Part shown: positions 1 through 14,352 of the stretch, one piece after another
Layout of the letters: each line of letters opens with the position of its first letter
Numbering within the stretch: position 1 is the stretch's first letter
NCBI GenBank assembly: GCA_963749525.1
Contig: CAVVNC010000004.1
Coordinates: forward strand, 7,046-71,045
Reading direction: 5' to 3'
DNA: 64,000 nucleotides
From: an uncultured delta proteobacterium
GTDB taxonomy: Bacteria > Desulfobacterota > Syntrophorhabdia > Syntrophorhabdales > WCHB1-27
Program-made: the position numbers and the translations under genes
The notes under the pieces: model-generated
Databases searched by the model: none
What the model saw: the letters and a program-made list of their open reading frames with translations, nothing else
What the model was told of the DNA's origin: nothing

Positions 1-21
1 GGTCCATGGCAAAGAGGACCT

Positions 22-564
22 TCATCGTCCTGCCTGCGGCGCCTCTCCCTCGAGACCACCGGCGAGGGCATCGATTGCCTTGTGGATCCCCTCCCGCGCG
101 AGCTCGCCGGCAGTGATCCACTTCGCCCCCCTCCTCAGGAACGTGAAGAAACGGAAGATGTTGTCCGACAGGGGCTGCTGGGTTTCGTCGAAGACGAAGA
201 CATCGGAGAGCTTGTCCCCTTCGTAGAGATGCACGTGAAAGCCCACGCTCGCCGGTCTCACCACCGAGAAGTTTCCTCCCTCGCGCTCCTGAAAACGATA
301 GATGAACACGTGGAGGTACTTCCCCTGGCCCTTCTCCCCCGTATAGGCGATCCCTTTTTCGTCGAGGCTTCCCCCCATTTCGGTTGCAATCAGGCCTTCC
401 GCATTCTCGTGTATCTTCCCCGCCACGATCGGCCTCCCGCAGTACGGGCAGCGGATCACGCTCGGATCATTCAGGCGCTCCACGTAGAGCCCCAGGTCCG
501 TGGCTGAGCCGGGCAGGCTCACGAGCAAAAGAAAGAGTGCGAGGAAACCGAATTTCAGGCGCAT
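22..564 (-). CDS. hypothetical secreted protein
   Basis: 180-aa ORF. The N-terminus MRLKFGFLALFLLLVSLPGSA looks like a signal peptide. The start overlaps the hisH stop by 10 nt, so it is probably co-transcribed with the his genes. No family recognised. Confidence 0.55.
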   Translation of the reverse strand: MRLKFGFLALFLLLVSLPGSATDLGLYVERLNDPSVIRCPYCGRPIVAGKIHENAEGLIATEMGGSLDEKGIAYTGEKGQGKYLHVFIYRFQEREGGNFSVVRPASVGFHVHLYEGDKLSDVFVFDETQQPLSDNIFRFFTFLRRGAKWITAGELAREGIHKAIDALAGGLEGEAPQAGR

Positions 565-1157
565 AGGGACACGAAATTCCTCAGGAGTTTGAGCCCCATC
601 CCCTGGCTCTTTTCAGGATGGAACTGGGAGGCAAAGATGTTCCCCTTGCCAATGGAGGACGTAAACCTGATGCCGTAGTCGGTGATTGTGGCCGAGACAT
701 CCTCCTCGGGGTCAGGATAGTAGGAGTGGACGAAATAAAAATAGGACCCCGTCGGGATGGCCTCGAGCACTGGGTTCGGCCGCACGATATCGACGCTGTT
801 CCAGCCCATGTGCGGTATCTTCATTGCTCCCTGAAACCTTGCCACGCGCCCCTTGATCACCCCCAGACCTTCTACGCCCGGGGCTTCTTCGGATGACTCG
901 AGGAGGATCTGCATGCCGAGGCAGATGCCGAGATACGGCTTCCCCGCGGCCATCTCCTCCTTGAGCAGGTCGAAGAGGCCGAACCCTTTCAGGTTCTCCA
1001 CGCATTTGCCAAAGGCGCCCACGCCGGGCAGCACGAGCGCGCCAGCCTCCCGGATGGTCGCCGGGTCACGGGTCACGACCACCTGCGCCCCAATGCGGCC
1101 GAAGGCATTCGTCACGCTCCTCAAATTGCCCATGCCGTAATCTATGATGGCAATCAT
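555..1157 (-). CDS. hisH: imidazole glycerol phosphate synthase, glutamine amidotransferase subunit
   Basis: 200 aa. Has the MIAIIDYGMGNLRSV N-terminus, the GICLGMQ nucleophile elbow and FHPEKS near the C-terminus, all typical of HisH. Confidence 0.95.
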   Translation of the reverse strand: MIAIIDYGMGNLRSVTNAFGRIGAQVVVTRDPATIREAGALVLPGVGAFGKCVENLKGFGLFDLLKEEMAAGKPYLGICLGMQILLESSEEAPGVEGLGVIKGRVARFQGAMKIPHMGWNSVDIVRPNPVLEAIPTGSYFYFVHSYYPDPEEDVSATITDYGIRFTSSIGKGNIFASQFHPEKSQGMGLKLLRNFVSLCA

Positions 1158-1738
1158 AATGTTCCTTTAGTAGAAAGAACCCCTTTGACCCTGGGATCCC
1201 GGACCACCGCGTCGCTCAGCGCCCTTCCGAAGGCCTTGAATATGGCCTCGATTCTGTGGTGCAGGTTTTCCCCGTAAAGCAGGTTAACATGGAGGGCCAT
1301 GCGCGCCTCGTTCACGAACCCCTGAAAGAACTCCCGCACCACCTCGCCGTCGAAAGCGCCCAGCTTGCCCTTGATATCGCCTGTCCACACAAGGGAGGGC
1401 CTGCCGCTCAAGTCGATTGCCACCATGCAGAGCGATTCATCCATGGGTAGAAGGGAATGGCCGTACCGTCTTACCCCGTCGAAAGTGCCCAGCGCGTCCT
1501 TCAGAGCCTTTCCCATGGTGATCCCCACGTCTTCGATGGTGTGATGGTAATCTATGTCAATATCGCCCTTTGCCTCGACAATGAGATCGAAAAAACCGTG
1601 GCGGGCAAAAAGCTCCAGCATATGGTTGAAGAACGGGATGCCCGTTGCGACCTCGTATGCGCCCTCGCCGTCGAGCTTCCACCGGACCCTTATCTCGGTT
1701 TCTTTCGTCTTTCTCGCTACCTCGGCCTGGCGCTCCAT
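1154..1738 (-). CDS. hisB: imidazoleglycerol-phosphate dehydratase
   Basis: 194 aa monofunctional IGPD with the paired His motifs DYHHTIEDVGI and GENLHHRIEAIFKAF. 4-nt overlap with hisH. Confidence 0.95.
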   Translation of the reverse strand: MERQAEVARKTKETEIRVRWKLDGEGAYEVATGIPFFNHMLELFARHGFFDLIVEAKGDIDIDYHHTIEDVGITMGKALKDALGTFDGVRRYGHSLLPMDESLCMVAIDLSGRPSLVWTGDIKGKLGAFDGEVVREFFQGFVNEARMALHVNLLYGENLHHRIEAIFKAFGRALSDAVVRDPRVKGVLSTKGTL

Positions 1739-1748
1739 GACGTCCTTC

Positions 1749-2618
1749 CTAGAGTATAACCTTGTTCAGGGGATATTCCACGATCCCTTGGGCCCCTGCC
1801 CTTCGCAATGACGGAATAATGTCGCGCACGACCTGCTCGTCGATGATCACCTCTATGGCGACCCATGCACCGTCGGACAGGCTGGAAACGGTCGGCGTAT
1901 GAAGGGAGGGAAGTATGTCGATGACAGTCTTCAGCCTTCCCTTCGGCACGTTCATCTTGAGGCCTACCTTCCCATCCGCCAGAAGAGCGGCCTTGAGGAG
2001 CATGACGATGTTCTCGATCTTCGTCTTCTTCCACTTGTCCCTGAAGGCGGCCTTGTTTGCGACGACAACCGTCTCCGATTCAAGGATGGTATCGATGATG
2101 CGAAGGTTGTTCGCAGTAAGGGACGCCCCCGTTTCCGTCACTTCAACTATGGCATCCGCGAGCCGGGGAGGCTTTGCTTCGGTGGCTCCCCACGAATACT
2201 CCACAGTGGCGTCGATCTTTTGCGACTTCAGGAACCGTGTGGTAAAGCCCACCAGCTCGGTGGCTATTATCTTGCCTTTGAGGCCCTTGATATCCTTTAT
2301 GGGTGAGTCATTGGGCACGGCAACGACCCACTTGACGCCCTTGAATCCGACCTTGCTGTAGCGGAGGCGCGCGACCTCCCTCACTTTCGAGTTTTGCTCG
2401 AGCACCCAGTCGAGACCCGTTATGCCCATGTCAAGAATCCCGTTCTCCACGTAGCGTCCCATTTCCTGGGCGCGGATCACGAGCCCTTCAAGCTCCGGGT
2501 CGTCTATGACCGGCACGTATGACCGCTCTGCGAGCTTTATCGTATACCCCGCGTTCCTGAAAAGCCTGAGCGTGCTCTCCTGCAGGCTTCCCTTGGGTAT
2601 GCCTATTCTCAGCTTCAT
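1749..2618 (-). CDS. hisG: ATP phosphoribosyltransferase, long form
   Basis: 289 aa. MKLRIGIPKGSL start, and the length includes the C-terminal regulatory domain, so no hisZ partner is needed. Confidence 0.93.
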   Translation of the reverse strand: MKLRIGIPKGSLQESTLRLFRNAGYTIKLAERSYVPVIDDPELEGLVIRAQEMGRYVENGILDMGITGLDWVLEQNSKVREVARLRYSKVGFKGVKWVVAVPNDSPIKDIKGLKGKIIATELVGFTTRFLKSQKIDATVEYSWGATEAKPPRLADAIVEVTETGASLTANNLRIIDTILESETVVVANKAAFRDKWKKTKIENIVMLLKAALLADGKVGLKMNVPKGRLKTVIDILPSLHTPTVSSLSDGAWVAIEVIIDEQVVRDIIPSLRRAGAQGIVEYPLNKVIL

Positions 2619-2620
2619 CC

Positions 2621-3898
2621 TTAGGGCAGCTCCTTTCTCGCCCTTATCGCCTCGCCATGCGCGTAAAGACCCTCTATCTCGGCTAGCCTCGCAGCGCTCT
2701 CCCCGTATTTTTCGAGGAATGACTTATCTATCTTAACCAAAACTTTCTTCTTTGTAAATCGTTCCACGGAAAGACCGGTAGAGAACCTCCCCGCCCCTCC
2801 CGTGGGCAGCACGTGGTTCGTGCCTATGTAATAGTCGCCCATGGAGACGCACGTGTGGGGGCCTACGTAGGTGACGCCGGAATACTGGATCGCATCCGCA
2901 ACGGCCTCATCCCCTATTACCTCCAGGTGCTCGGGGGCGATCCTGTTGATGGCTGCTACTGCCTGGTCCAGGCTCGTATAGTGGACGAGAAATCCGTTTG
3001 CTGCGAGGGATTTCTCGACGATCTGGCGCCTCTTGTTCAGCGATATGAGGCGCTCCATCTGTGTGAGGAGGCCGTAGAGGTCGTCTTGGGACGCCGAGAA
3101 GAGGCCGACCGTCGCCATCTCGTCGTGCTCCGCCTGCGAAAAAAGGTCCCACGCAAGGATATGGGGCGGAAAGGCCTCTGTGGCAAGGACAATCAGCTCA
3201 CTCGGACCGGCGAGCATATCGATGCCCACCTGACCGTACACGTCCCTCTTCGCCTCTTCTACATAGGCATTTCCCGGCCCCACGATCATGTCCACCTTCG
3301 GTATCGAGCCGATGCCATAGGCGAAGGCATAGATCGCCTGAGCCCCTCCGATGCGGTACACGTCCCGGATCTCAAGGAGGAGCGCGGCGGCGGCGATGTA
3401 GGGGTTTATGCGGCCGTCGTGGGTCGGCGTGGCAGCATAGATCTCCTTCACCCCTGCGATGCGCGCGGGCACGACGCCCATCACGAGGCTCGACGGATAC
3501 GGGGCCGTTCCCCCCGGAACGTAGACGAGGGCCCTCTCCACGGGCACCGCCTCCTCGACCACGGCAAGCCCCTTTCTTTTATAGGTCCTGCGGGCCTGCC
3601 TCTGGGAGCGATGAAAGAGCGTCACGTTCCGTATCATGCCCTTGAGTATGCGCATCCCTTCCTTTCCGATCGAGGAGGCAGCCGACTCCAGCTCTTCGGC
3701 GCCGACCTTGAGGGGATAGCTTCCGGTCCATCCGTCGAACGTGCGTGCGTAGTCCCTCAAGGCCTCTTCGCCCCTTTCGAGGACGTCCGCCTTGATACGA
3801 TCTACTATCTCCCTGACGCCTGCCTTCCGCCGCTGCCTCGTTCCGGTCACGGCGGCAATGAAGGCGTCGTATTCCCGGTCAAGATGCCAGACCTTCAT
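2621..3898 (-). CDS. hisD: histidinol dehydrogenase
   Basis: 425 aa with the SQAEHDE motif and full-length similarity to HisD. Confidence 0.95.
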   Translation of the reverse strand: MKVWHLDREYDAFIAAVTGTRQRRKAGVREIVDRIKADVLERGEEALRDYARTFDGWTGSYPLKVGAEELESAASSIGKEGMRILKGMIRNVTLFHRSQRQARRTYKRKGLAVVEEAVPVERALVYVPGGTAPYPSSLVMGVVPARIAGVKEIYAATPTHDGRINPYIAAAALLLEIRDVYRIGGAQAIYAFAYGIGSIPKVDMIVGPGNAYVEEAKRDVYGQVGIDMLAGPSELIVLATEAFPPHILAWDLFSQAEHDEMATVGLFSASQDDLYGLLTQMERLISLNKRRQIVEKSLAANGFLVHYTSLDQAVAAINRIAPEHLEVIGDEAVADAIQYSGVTYVGPHTCVSMGDYYIGTNHVLPTGGAGRFSTGLSVERFTKKKVLVKIDKSFLEKYGESAARLAEIEGLYAHGEAIRARKELP

Positions 3899-5152
3899 CC
3901 CTCCTCCTCTCGATCCGCGCCCCGAGCCCCTTGAGCTTCTTCTCTATGGCTTCGTAACCCCTGTCTATGTGATAGACGCGGGAGACCTCCGTGGTCCCTT
4001 GGGCAGAGAGACCGGCCAGAATGAGCGACGCACTGGCCCGGAGGTCCGTTGCCATCACCTTTGCCCCCTGGAGGCCTTTGGTGCCTTTGACAATGGCCGT
4101 ATTGCCGTTGACCTTGATATCCGCGCCCATCCGCCTCAGCTCTGCGGCATGCATCATTCTGTTCTCGAAGATGGTCTCCGTGACGACGCTCACCCCCCTC
4201 GACACGCACATGAGAGCCATTGCCTGAGCCTGCATGTCCGTAGGGAATCCGGGATAGGGAAGGGTCTTCACGTCAAAGGCCTTCGTTCCCTTCTTCGTCA
4301 TAGATGCGCAGATCCGGCCGTTCTCCTCGACGATCTCCATGCCCGCTTCCTTGAGCTTCTCGATGACGGCCAATAGGTGATCGGCCCGTGCTCTTTCCAG
4401 GACAATGCTCCCTTTTGTGAGGCCGCACCCCACGAGGAAGGTCCCTGCCTCGATCCTATCGGGTATGACATCATAGTTGCACGGCTTGAGCTCCTTCACG
4501 CCCCTGATCCTCATCACTTCGGTCCCTATGCCTTCGATCCTGGCCCCCATCTTCCTGAGCATCAGGGCGAGGTCGACGACCTCCGGCTCGCGTGCTGCGT
4601 TCTCTATGACCGTTTCGCCTTCGGCAGTCACGGCAGCCATGAGGATGTTCTCCGTTCCGCCCACCGTCGGTATGTCAAAGGATATGGTCGCCCCCTTGAG
4701 CGCTGCGGCATCCACATCAACGTAGCCCTCGTGTATGCCTACCTCGCACCCGAGGACGGAAAGCCCCTTCAGGTGCTGGTCTATGGGCCTCTCCCCTATG
4801 GCGCACCCGCCCGGGTAGGAAACCACGGCCCGGCGCAAACGGCCGACAAGGGCGCCGAGCATGAGGGTGGATGCCCTCATCTCTTTCACTATCTCGTAGG
4901 GGGCCGTGTAATTTTCGGCGTTGCTCGTGTCCAACCTGATCCGGTGCTCCCCGACCCATTCTACCGAAGCGCCCGTGTAGGTCAGAAGCTTGATCATGGA
5001 ATTGACGTCCCGGAGACGGGGGACGTTGCCTATATAGTATTCGCCCTTCTGGAGCATGGTCGCCGCCAGCACCGGGAGCACGGCGTTCTTCGCCCCCCCA
5101 CGCTGACCGTGCCCGAGAGGCGCTCACCGCCCTCTATGACGAGCTTGTCCAT
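3879..5152 (-). CDS. murA: UDP-N-acetylglucosamine 1-carboxyvinyltransferase, frame broken by a 1-nt gap
   Basis: The 400-aa ORF 3879..5081 is MurA-like throughout but lacks the N-terminus. MDKLVIEGGERLSGTVSVGG is encoded from the ATG at 5152 in another frame. The frames meet in a C7 run at 5093-5099 (G7 on the coding strand). One extra G restores ...GTVSVGGAKNAVLPVLAA, which aligns position for position with the E. coli MurA N-terminus. Confidence 0.9.
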
Positions 5153-5967
5153 GTGCCGCTCACCACCCTCTGCCGGCCTGCAAGGTCGTGCTTCACCCCC
5201 ACCTCAAAGCCGGCGCCCTTCAACAAGTCTCCCACGACCCGCGCCTGGATCTCACCCCCGATCTCGCAGAGAACGCAACCCCCAGGACGAAGATACTTGC
5301 TCACCTCCGGAACGAACCTGGCGTAGAGCTCGAATCCGCGCGTGCCCCCCAGGAGGGCCTCCTTAGGCTCGAAACATCTCACATCAGCCTCAAGGCCGTC
5401 CCACTCAACGAGTCCCACATAGGGCAGATTCGCGCACACAAGATCGAAGATCGCATCCTCCTTCACCGAAGAGAAGAGATCCGATGCGGCAAAGTCGATT
5501 CTCCCTGCCACGGACAGGGCCCGCGCGTTGCGTTGCGCCACCTCCAGGGCACCCGCGGAAACATCCACGGAAAGCACGCGATGTGCCCCTTTCTTCGCGA
5601 GGAGTATACCTATGATCCCGGAGCCGGCGCCCATATCGAGGACCCTTGCGGCGCCCCCGGATCTCCCTATGATCGACAGCGCCTCTTCCACCAGCAATTC
5701 CGTTTCTGGTCTCGGTATCAAGACGCGCTCATCGACGTAGAAAGTCTCAGAAAAGAACTCCTTCCGGTGCGTCAGGTAGGCGAGGGGTTTTCCCTTCAGT
5801 CTCTCCCCTGCGAGGCCCCTGATTCGGTCCCATTCCTGTTGATCCAGTCTCCGTGCGGGCTCCATGAAGAGTCTCTCGTTCGAAAGGTCGAGGACATGGG
5901 AGACAATCCCCATGAGGTCGGTCTTGGTCAGACCCATTTCGCCGCGAAACAGCTCTCTGATTTGCAA
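5134..5967 (-). CDS. prmC: release factor glutamine N5-methyltransferase
   Basis: 277 aa. SAM-binding VLDMGAGSG and the catalytic NLPY (NPPY-type) motif. Lies directly downstream of prfA, as in many bacteria. Confidence 0.9.
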   Translation of the reverse strand: MQIRELFRGEMGLTKTDLMGIVSHVLDLSNERLFMEPARRLDQQEWDRIRGLAGERLKGKPLAYLTHRKEFFSETFYVDERVLIPRPETELLVEEALSIIGRSGGAARVLDMGAGSGIIGILLAKKGAHRVLSVDVSAGALEVAQRNARALSVAGRIDFAASDLFSSVKEDAIFDLVCANLPYVGLVEWDGLEADVRCFEPKEALLGGTRGFELYARFVPEVSKYLRPGGCVLCEIGGEIQARVVGDLLKGAGFEVGVKHDLAGRQRVVSGTWTSSS

Positions 5968-5972
5968 GGTTC

Positions 5973-7040
5973 TTACCTTGATTTGATGGATTCTGCCTGG
6001 AAGTGGGCTACGAGCGGATCAAGGAGGGGGTCTATGTTGCCCGCCAGGACGTCTTCGAGCTTGTAGAGCGTAAGGCCTATGCGGTGGTCGGTCACTCGAC
6101 CCTGGGGGAAATTGTATGTCCGGATTCTCTCGCTCCTGTCCCCGCTCCCCACCTGCTTTCTCCGCTCGTCGGAGACCTCCTGCTCTTGCTCCTCCTCCAT
6201 CCTTTCCTTGAGCCGGGCCCTGAGCACCCTCATGGCCTTCGCTTTGTTCTTGTGCTGCGATTTCTCGTCCTGGCAGGTAACCACCAGCCCCGTGGGGATG
6301 TGGGTGATCCGGACGGCGGAGTCGGTGGTGTTCACGTGCTGGCCTCCGGGGCCGCTCGACCGGTATACATCGATGCGCAGGTCTTCCGGGCTTATCTTCA
6401 GCTCCACCTCTTCTGGCTCAGCCAGGACCGCAACGGTGACTGCGGAGGTGTGTATGCGGCCCTGGGACTCTGTCTCCGGCACCCTCTGCACGCGATGGAC
6501 GCCGCTTTCGTATTTCAGCTTCTGAAAGGCGCCGACGGTTTCGACGGCCATGACCACCTCTTTGAACCCCCCCATGTCGGACAGGCTCATCGATAGGACC
6601 TCGGTCTTCCACCGCATCTTCTCGGCGTACTTCATGTACATGGTGAAGAGGTCACGGGCAAAAAGTGCAGCCTCTTCGCCTCCGGTGCCCGCCCTTATCT
6701 CAAGAAAGGTGCTCCGGGCTTCATCCTGGTCTTTGGGGAGCAGCTTGTCCTTCAAGAGGGCCTGGAGCCTTTCGTCCTCCCGGCCCAGGTGCTCGGCTTC
6801 CTCTCTGGCGAGCTCCCTCATCTCGGAATCGGTCTCCTTGAGCGCCAGATCATTCATCTTGTCGAGCTCCGCCTTTACCCTCTTCCATTCCCTGAAGAGG
6901 GCTACCACCTCGCGCAGCTCGGCGTACTCTCGCGCGAGTTTCTTATACTCTTCCATCCGGGAGATGACTTCCGGCCGGGCCATGTCGGCCTCTATCCGGT
7001 CGATCCTGTCCTCCATCTCCTGGAGCTTCTCAGTGATCAT
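5973..7040 (-). CDS. prfA: peptide chain release factor 1
   Basis: 355 aa with the GGQ motif ([16 protein letters not shown]) and the RF1-type PxT tripeptide (PET). The frame is intact. Confidence 0.96.
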   Translation of the reverse strand: MITEKLQEMEDRIDRIEADMARPEVISRMEEYKKLAREYAELREVVALFREWKRVKAELDKMNDLALKETDSEMRELAREEAEHLGREDERLQALLKDKLLPKDQDEARSTFLEIRAGTGGEEAALFARDLFTMYMKYAEKMRWKTEVLSMSLSDMGGFKEVVMAVETVGAFQKLKYESGVHRVQRVPETESQGRIHTSAVTVAVLAEPEEVELKISPEDLRIDVYRSSGPGGQHVNTTDSAVRITHIPTGLVVTCQDEKSQHKNKAKAMRVLRARLKERMEEEQEQEVSDERRKQVGSGDRSERIRTYNFPQGRVTDHRIGLTLYKLEDVLAGNIDPLLDPLVAHFQAESIKSR

Positions 7041-7255
7041 TCCTTGTCCCCGGTCGCCTTCTTGCCATACTTCCTCTCAAACTTCTCGACCCGGCCCGCG
7101 GAATCCCGGAGCTTCTCGCGTCCCGTGAAAATCGGGTGGCACTTCGCGCATATTTCCACGGTGATCTTGTCTTTTGTCGAAAGGGTCTCGAAGGTGTTTC
7201 CGCACGCACACCTCACCTGCGCCTTCTTCAGCTCGGGGTGGATCTTCTCTTTCAT
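7037..7255 (-). CDS. rpmE: 50S ribosomal protein L31
   Basis: 72 aa. MKEKIHPE start and CxxC...CxxCHP zinc-type L31. Confidence 0.95.
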   Translation of the reverse strand: MKEKIHPELKKAQVRCACGNTFETLSTKDKITVEICAKCHPIFTGREKLRDSAGRVEKFERKYGKKATGDKE

Positions 7256-7256
7256 C

Positions 7257-8496
7257 TTATCCTCCTCTGCTCATTGAATTGAGAAAGTCCTTGTTCGATT
7301 CGGTATCCGATATCTTCTCCAGGATGAACTCCATCGATTCGACCGTATTCATGGGCTGCAGCACCTTGCGGAGGAGCCAGATGCGGGAGAGGTCGCCGTT
7401 GTTGATGAGGAGCTCCTCTTTCCTCGTCCCCGACTTGTTGATGTCGATGGAAGGAAAGACCCTCTTCTCCGTCAGCTTCCTGTCAAGGTAGATCTCTGAA
7501 TTGCCCGTGCCCTTGAATTCCTCGAATATGACTTCATCCATTCTGCTGCCGGTATCGATAAGGGCGGTGGCTATGATGGTGAGGCTCCCGCCCTCCTCTA
7601 TCTTCCGGGCCGCGCCGAAGAAGCGCTTCGGCTTCTGCATGGCCGATGCGTCGATGCCGCCCGAGAGGATCTTGCCGCTCGAAGGCACCACCGTGTTATA
7701 GGCCCGGGCGAGCCTCGTGATGCTGTCCAGGAGGATCACCACATCTTTCTTGTGCTCCACAAGCCTTTTGGCCTTTTCTATGACAATCTCCGCCACCTGT
7801 ACGTGCCTTGTGGCCGGCTCGTCGAAGGTGGAGCTGATCACCTCGCCGTCCACCGATCTCTCCATGTCCGTGACCTCCTCCGGCCTTTCGTCGATGAGGA
7901 GGACAATGAGGTAGATCTCCTTGTGATTTGTGGTGACGCTGTTCGCGAGGTTCTGGAGGAGCATGGTCTTTCCTGTCCTCGGTGGGGCAACGATGAGACC
8001 CCTCTGCCCCTTCCCTATGGGGGTGAAGAGGTCCATGACCCTGGTCGAGAGCCTTGTGCCCGAGGTCTCGAGCTGTATCCGGTCGCACGGGTAGATGGGC
8101 GTAAGGTTGTCGAATATGATCTTATCCTTTGCTATCTCCGGGTCGTCGAAGTTGATCTTCTCGATCTTAAGGAGGGCAAAGTACTTCTCGTTGTCCTTGG
8201 GCGGCCTGATCTGTCCGGAAATCGTGTCGCCCGTCCGGAGACCGAATCTCTTTATCTGCGATGGGGAAACGTAGATGTCGTCCGGCCCGGGCAGGTAGTT
8301 TGAGTCTGTCGATCGCAAGAACCCGAACCCCTCGGGAAGAATCTCCAGGACCCCCTCGCCGTGAATAAGCTCATTCTTCTCAACGAGAGACTGCAGAATG
8401 GCGAATATGAGCTCCTGTTTTCGAAGACCCGTAGCATTCTCGACATTGAGCTCCTTGGCGATATGCGTGAGATCACCGATCTTCTTCCTCTTCAGG

Positions 8497-8510
<14 letters not shown>
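7257..8510 (-). CDS. rho: transcription termination factor Rho
   Basis: 417 aa. N-terminal RNA-binding domain, Walker A APPRTGKT and RecA-like core. Confidence 0.96.
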
Positions 8511-12543
<4,033 letters not shown>

Positions 12544-12575
12544 ACTAACTCCTTACATAATAGTAGTAATAAGGC

Positions 12576-12657
12576 GTGTTGAATTGTTGAAAACCCGTCT
12601 CACACCCAAAAAGACACGCAAAAAACACCTTCCTCTTCTCGTGAGCCCTGTTGAAAC
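12576..12657 (-). promoter_or_regulatory. cluster of three variant DnaA-box-like 9-mers in the dnaA-dnaN spacer
   Basis: On the given strand: GTGTTGAAT (12576-84), TGTTGAAAA (12585-93) and TGTTGAAAC (12649-57). These are reverse complements of (A/T/G)TTCAACA(C), 2-3 mismatches from TTATCCACA. The spacer is AT-rich. Confidence 0.4.
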
Positions 12658-12666
12658 TATGAGGGG

Positions 12667-13983
12667 TCATGTTGACTTTATCTTCGATTCTATCTTCTCC
12701 ACAATGTCTCTCAACTCTTTTTTCACGCCTATCTCGTCTTCGATCTTTTTAATTGAGTGAATGACCGTGGCATGATCCTTTCCCCCGAATTTCTCCCCTA
12801 TGCTCACGAGAGAGCTGCTGGTCAATTTCCGGGCCAGATAGATGGCTATCTGTCTGGGTGTCATGATAGATTTGACCCTCTTGGCGGATTTCATATCAGA
12901 TGTCTTGATTGAGAAGTGTGCCGCAACCTCCTTGATAATCATATCGATAGTGATTTCCTTCTTCTTGTCCTTAATGATGTGCCCCATCACCTCTTTGGCA
13001 AGGTCCATGCTCACGGGGACATTGTGAAGGGAGGCAAAAGCGCTCAACCGAATGAGAGAGCCTTCGAGGACACGAATATTATGCTCGATGTTCGAAGCCA
13101 GGTAGAAGGCTACATCCTGGGGGAGCGTCATGTTTTCAAATTCCGCCTTTTTGTTAAGGATAGCCACTTTGGTTTCCAGGTCAGGCGGTTGAATGTCAGC
13201 GATCAAGCCCCACTCAAATCGCGAGCGCAGGCGCTCCTCAAAATTAGGGATCTCTCCGGGAAATTTGTCGCTCGTGACAACTATCTGCTTCGTATTATCG
13301 TAGAGGGCGTTGAAAGTGTGAAAAAACTCAGCCTGGGTCCGCTCTTTGCCGGCAATGAACTGAATGTCATCTATGAGAAGCACATCCATTTTGCGGAACC
13401 GATTTCGAAAGTCGTCCATTTTTTCGAAGCGCAGGGAATTGACCAACTCGTTCGTAAATTCCTCGGCCGTTATGTAACAGATCCGATTTCCATTCATTGC
13501 CCGGTGAGAGAGGAGGAAATTCCCGATGGCATTGAGAAGATGTGTTTTCCCCAGCCCCACCCCTCCGTAGATAAAGAGGGGATTATATACCTTCCCGGGA
13601 TTGTTGGCAACGGCGAGACACGCGGCATTGGCGAACTGATTGCTCGATCCCACCACAAAATTCTCGAAGGTATATTTCGGCTTAAAGAGGTCCGAAATTA
13701 CCGGTTTCTTCAGGGCCACGTTCTTCTTCTCGATCTTCGTCTCCTCCTTCTTCAGGAGGTACTCGATCTTTACGTCTCCATTGGTAAGCTCTTTGAGCAA
13801 GGTCTTCAAAAGGGGCTCAAAGTTGTCTACGATCCAGTCGCGAAAAAACGCGTTGGGAATGACGACGGAGCAAACCCCGTCGCTGCAGTCGAGGAATCTG
13901 ATGGGATCTATCCACGTCCTGAAGTTATCCTCGCTCACCAATGTGGCAAGGCGTGGCTTTATTTGTGAGCAGATGGTATCCAT
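12667..13983 (-). CDS. dnaA: chromosomal replication initiator protein DnaA
   Basis: 438 aa. AAA+ Walker A GGVGLGKTHLL and a C-terminal DNA-binding domain (HATVIHSIKKIE). Confidence 0.97.
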   Translation of the reverse strand: MDTICSQIKPRLATLVSEDNFRTWIDPIRFLDCSDGVCSVVIPNAFFRDWIVDNFEPLLKTLLKELTNGDVKIEYLLKKEETKIEKKNVALKKPVISDLFKPKYTFENFVVGSSNQFANAACLAVANNPGKVYNPLFIYGGVGLGKTHLLNAIGNFLLSHRAMNGNRICYITAEEFTNELVNSLRFEKMDDFRNRFRKMDVLLIDDIQFIAGKERTQAEFFHTFNALYDNTKQIVVTSDKFPGEIPNFEERLRSRFEWGLIADIQPPDLETKVAILNKKAEFENMTLPQDVAFYLASNIEHNIRVLEGSLIRLSAFASLHNVPVSMDLAKEVMGHIIKDKKKEITIDMIIKEVAAHFSIKTSDMKSAKRVKSIMTPRQIAIYLARKLTSSSLVSIGEKFGGKDHATVIHSIKKIEDEIGVKKELRDIVEKIESKIKST

Positions 13984-13995
13984 CTCAAGAGTTTG

Positions 13996-14026
13996 ATTTC
14001 AACATGTTTTCAACATTTGTGGAAAA
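13996..14026. promoter_or_regulatory. three DnaA-box-like 9-mers in the dnaA leader
   Basis: ATTTCAACA (13996-14004), TTTTCAACA (14007-15) and inverted TGTGGAAAA (14018-26). The last is the reverse complement of TTTTCCACA, one mismatch from TTATCCACA. They lie between the predicted dnaA promoter and the start codon. Confidence 0.5.
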
Positions 14027-14057
14027 CTTTTGACTTCCAGCGGAAAGGAATACTGTT

Positions 14058-14086
14058 ATTCTACAATAAAAGAGTCTCTTTTTCAA
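14058..14086 (-). promoter_or_regulatory. sigma70-like promoter for dnaA
   Basis: Minus strand reads TTGAAA, 17 nt, TAGAAT, about 68 nt upstream of the dnaA ATG. Confidence 0.55.
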
Positions 14087-14352
14087 TGCCCCCTTGCCAT
14101 CGACCTTCCAAATACCCCTGGTCTGCCAAAAAAACCCGGGTGAACCGGCACACGCCCCGTCTTTTTGCGGATCGTCCCCGTACTGGAGGGGCCGCCCTAC
14201 CCTATCCGGATTCTATATTTCACATCCGAGTCGGCATTTTGCCCACGCTCGAACTCCCTTCCCAAGGGATCGAAAGGGCATCGTCACCTATGAGTGGTGC
14301 GCCACGTAGCATAGAACACGGCCGAATGAGAGAAATGAAGATGTCGTCTTCG

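Noticed and set aside
5973-7040. Checked prfA for a programmed frameshift, given the many frame breaks.
   Set aside because: The gene is RF1, not RF2, and its frame is intact. No programmed shift is expected or seen.
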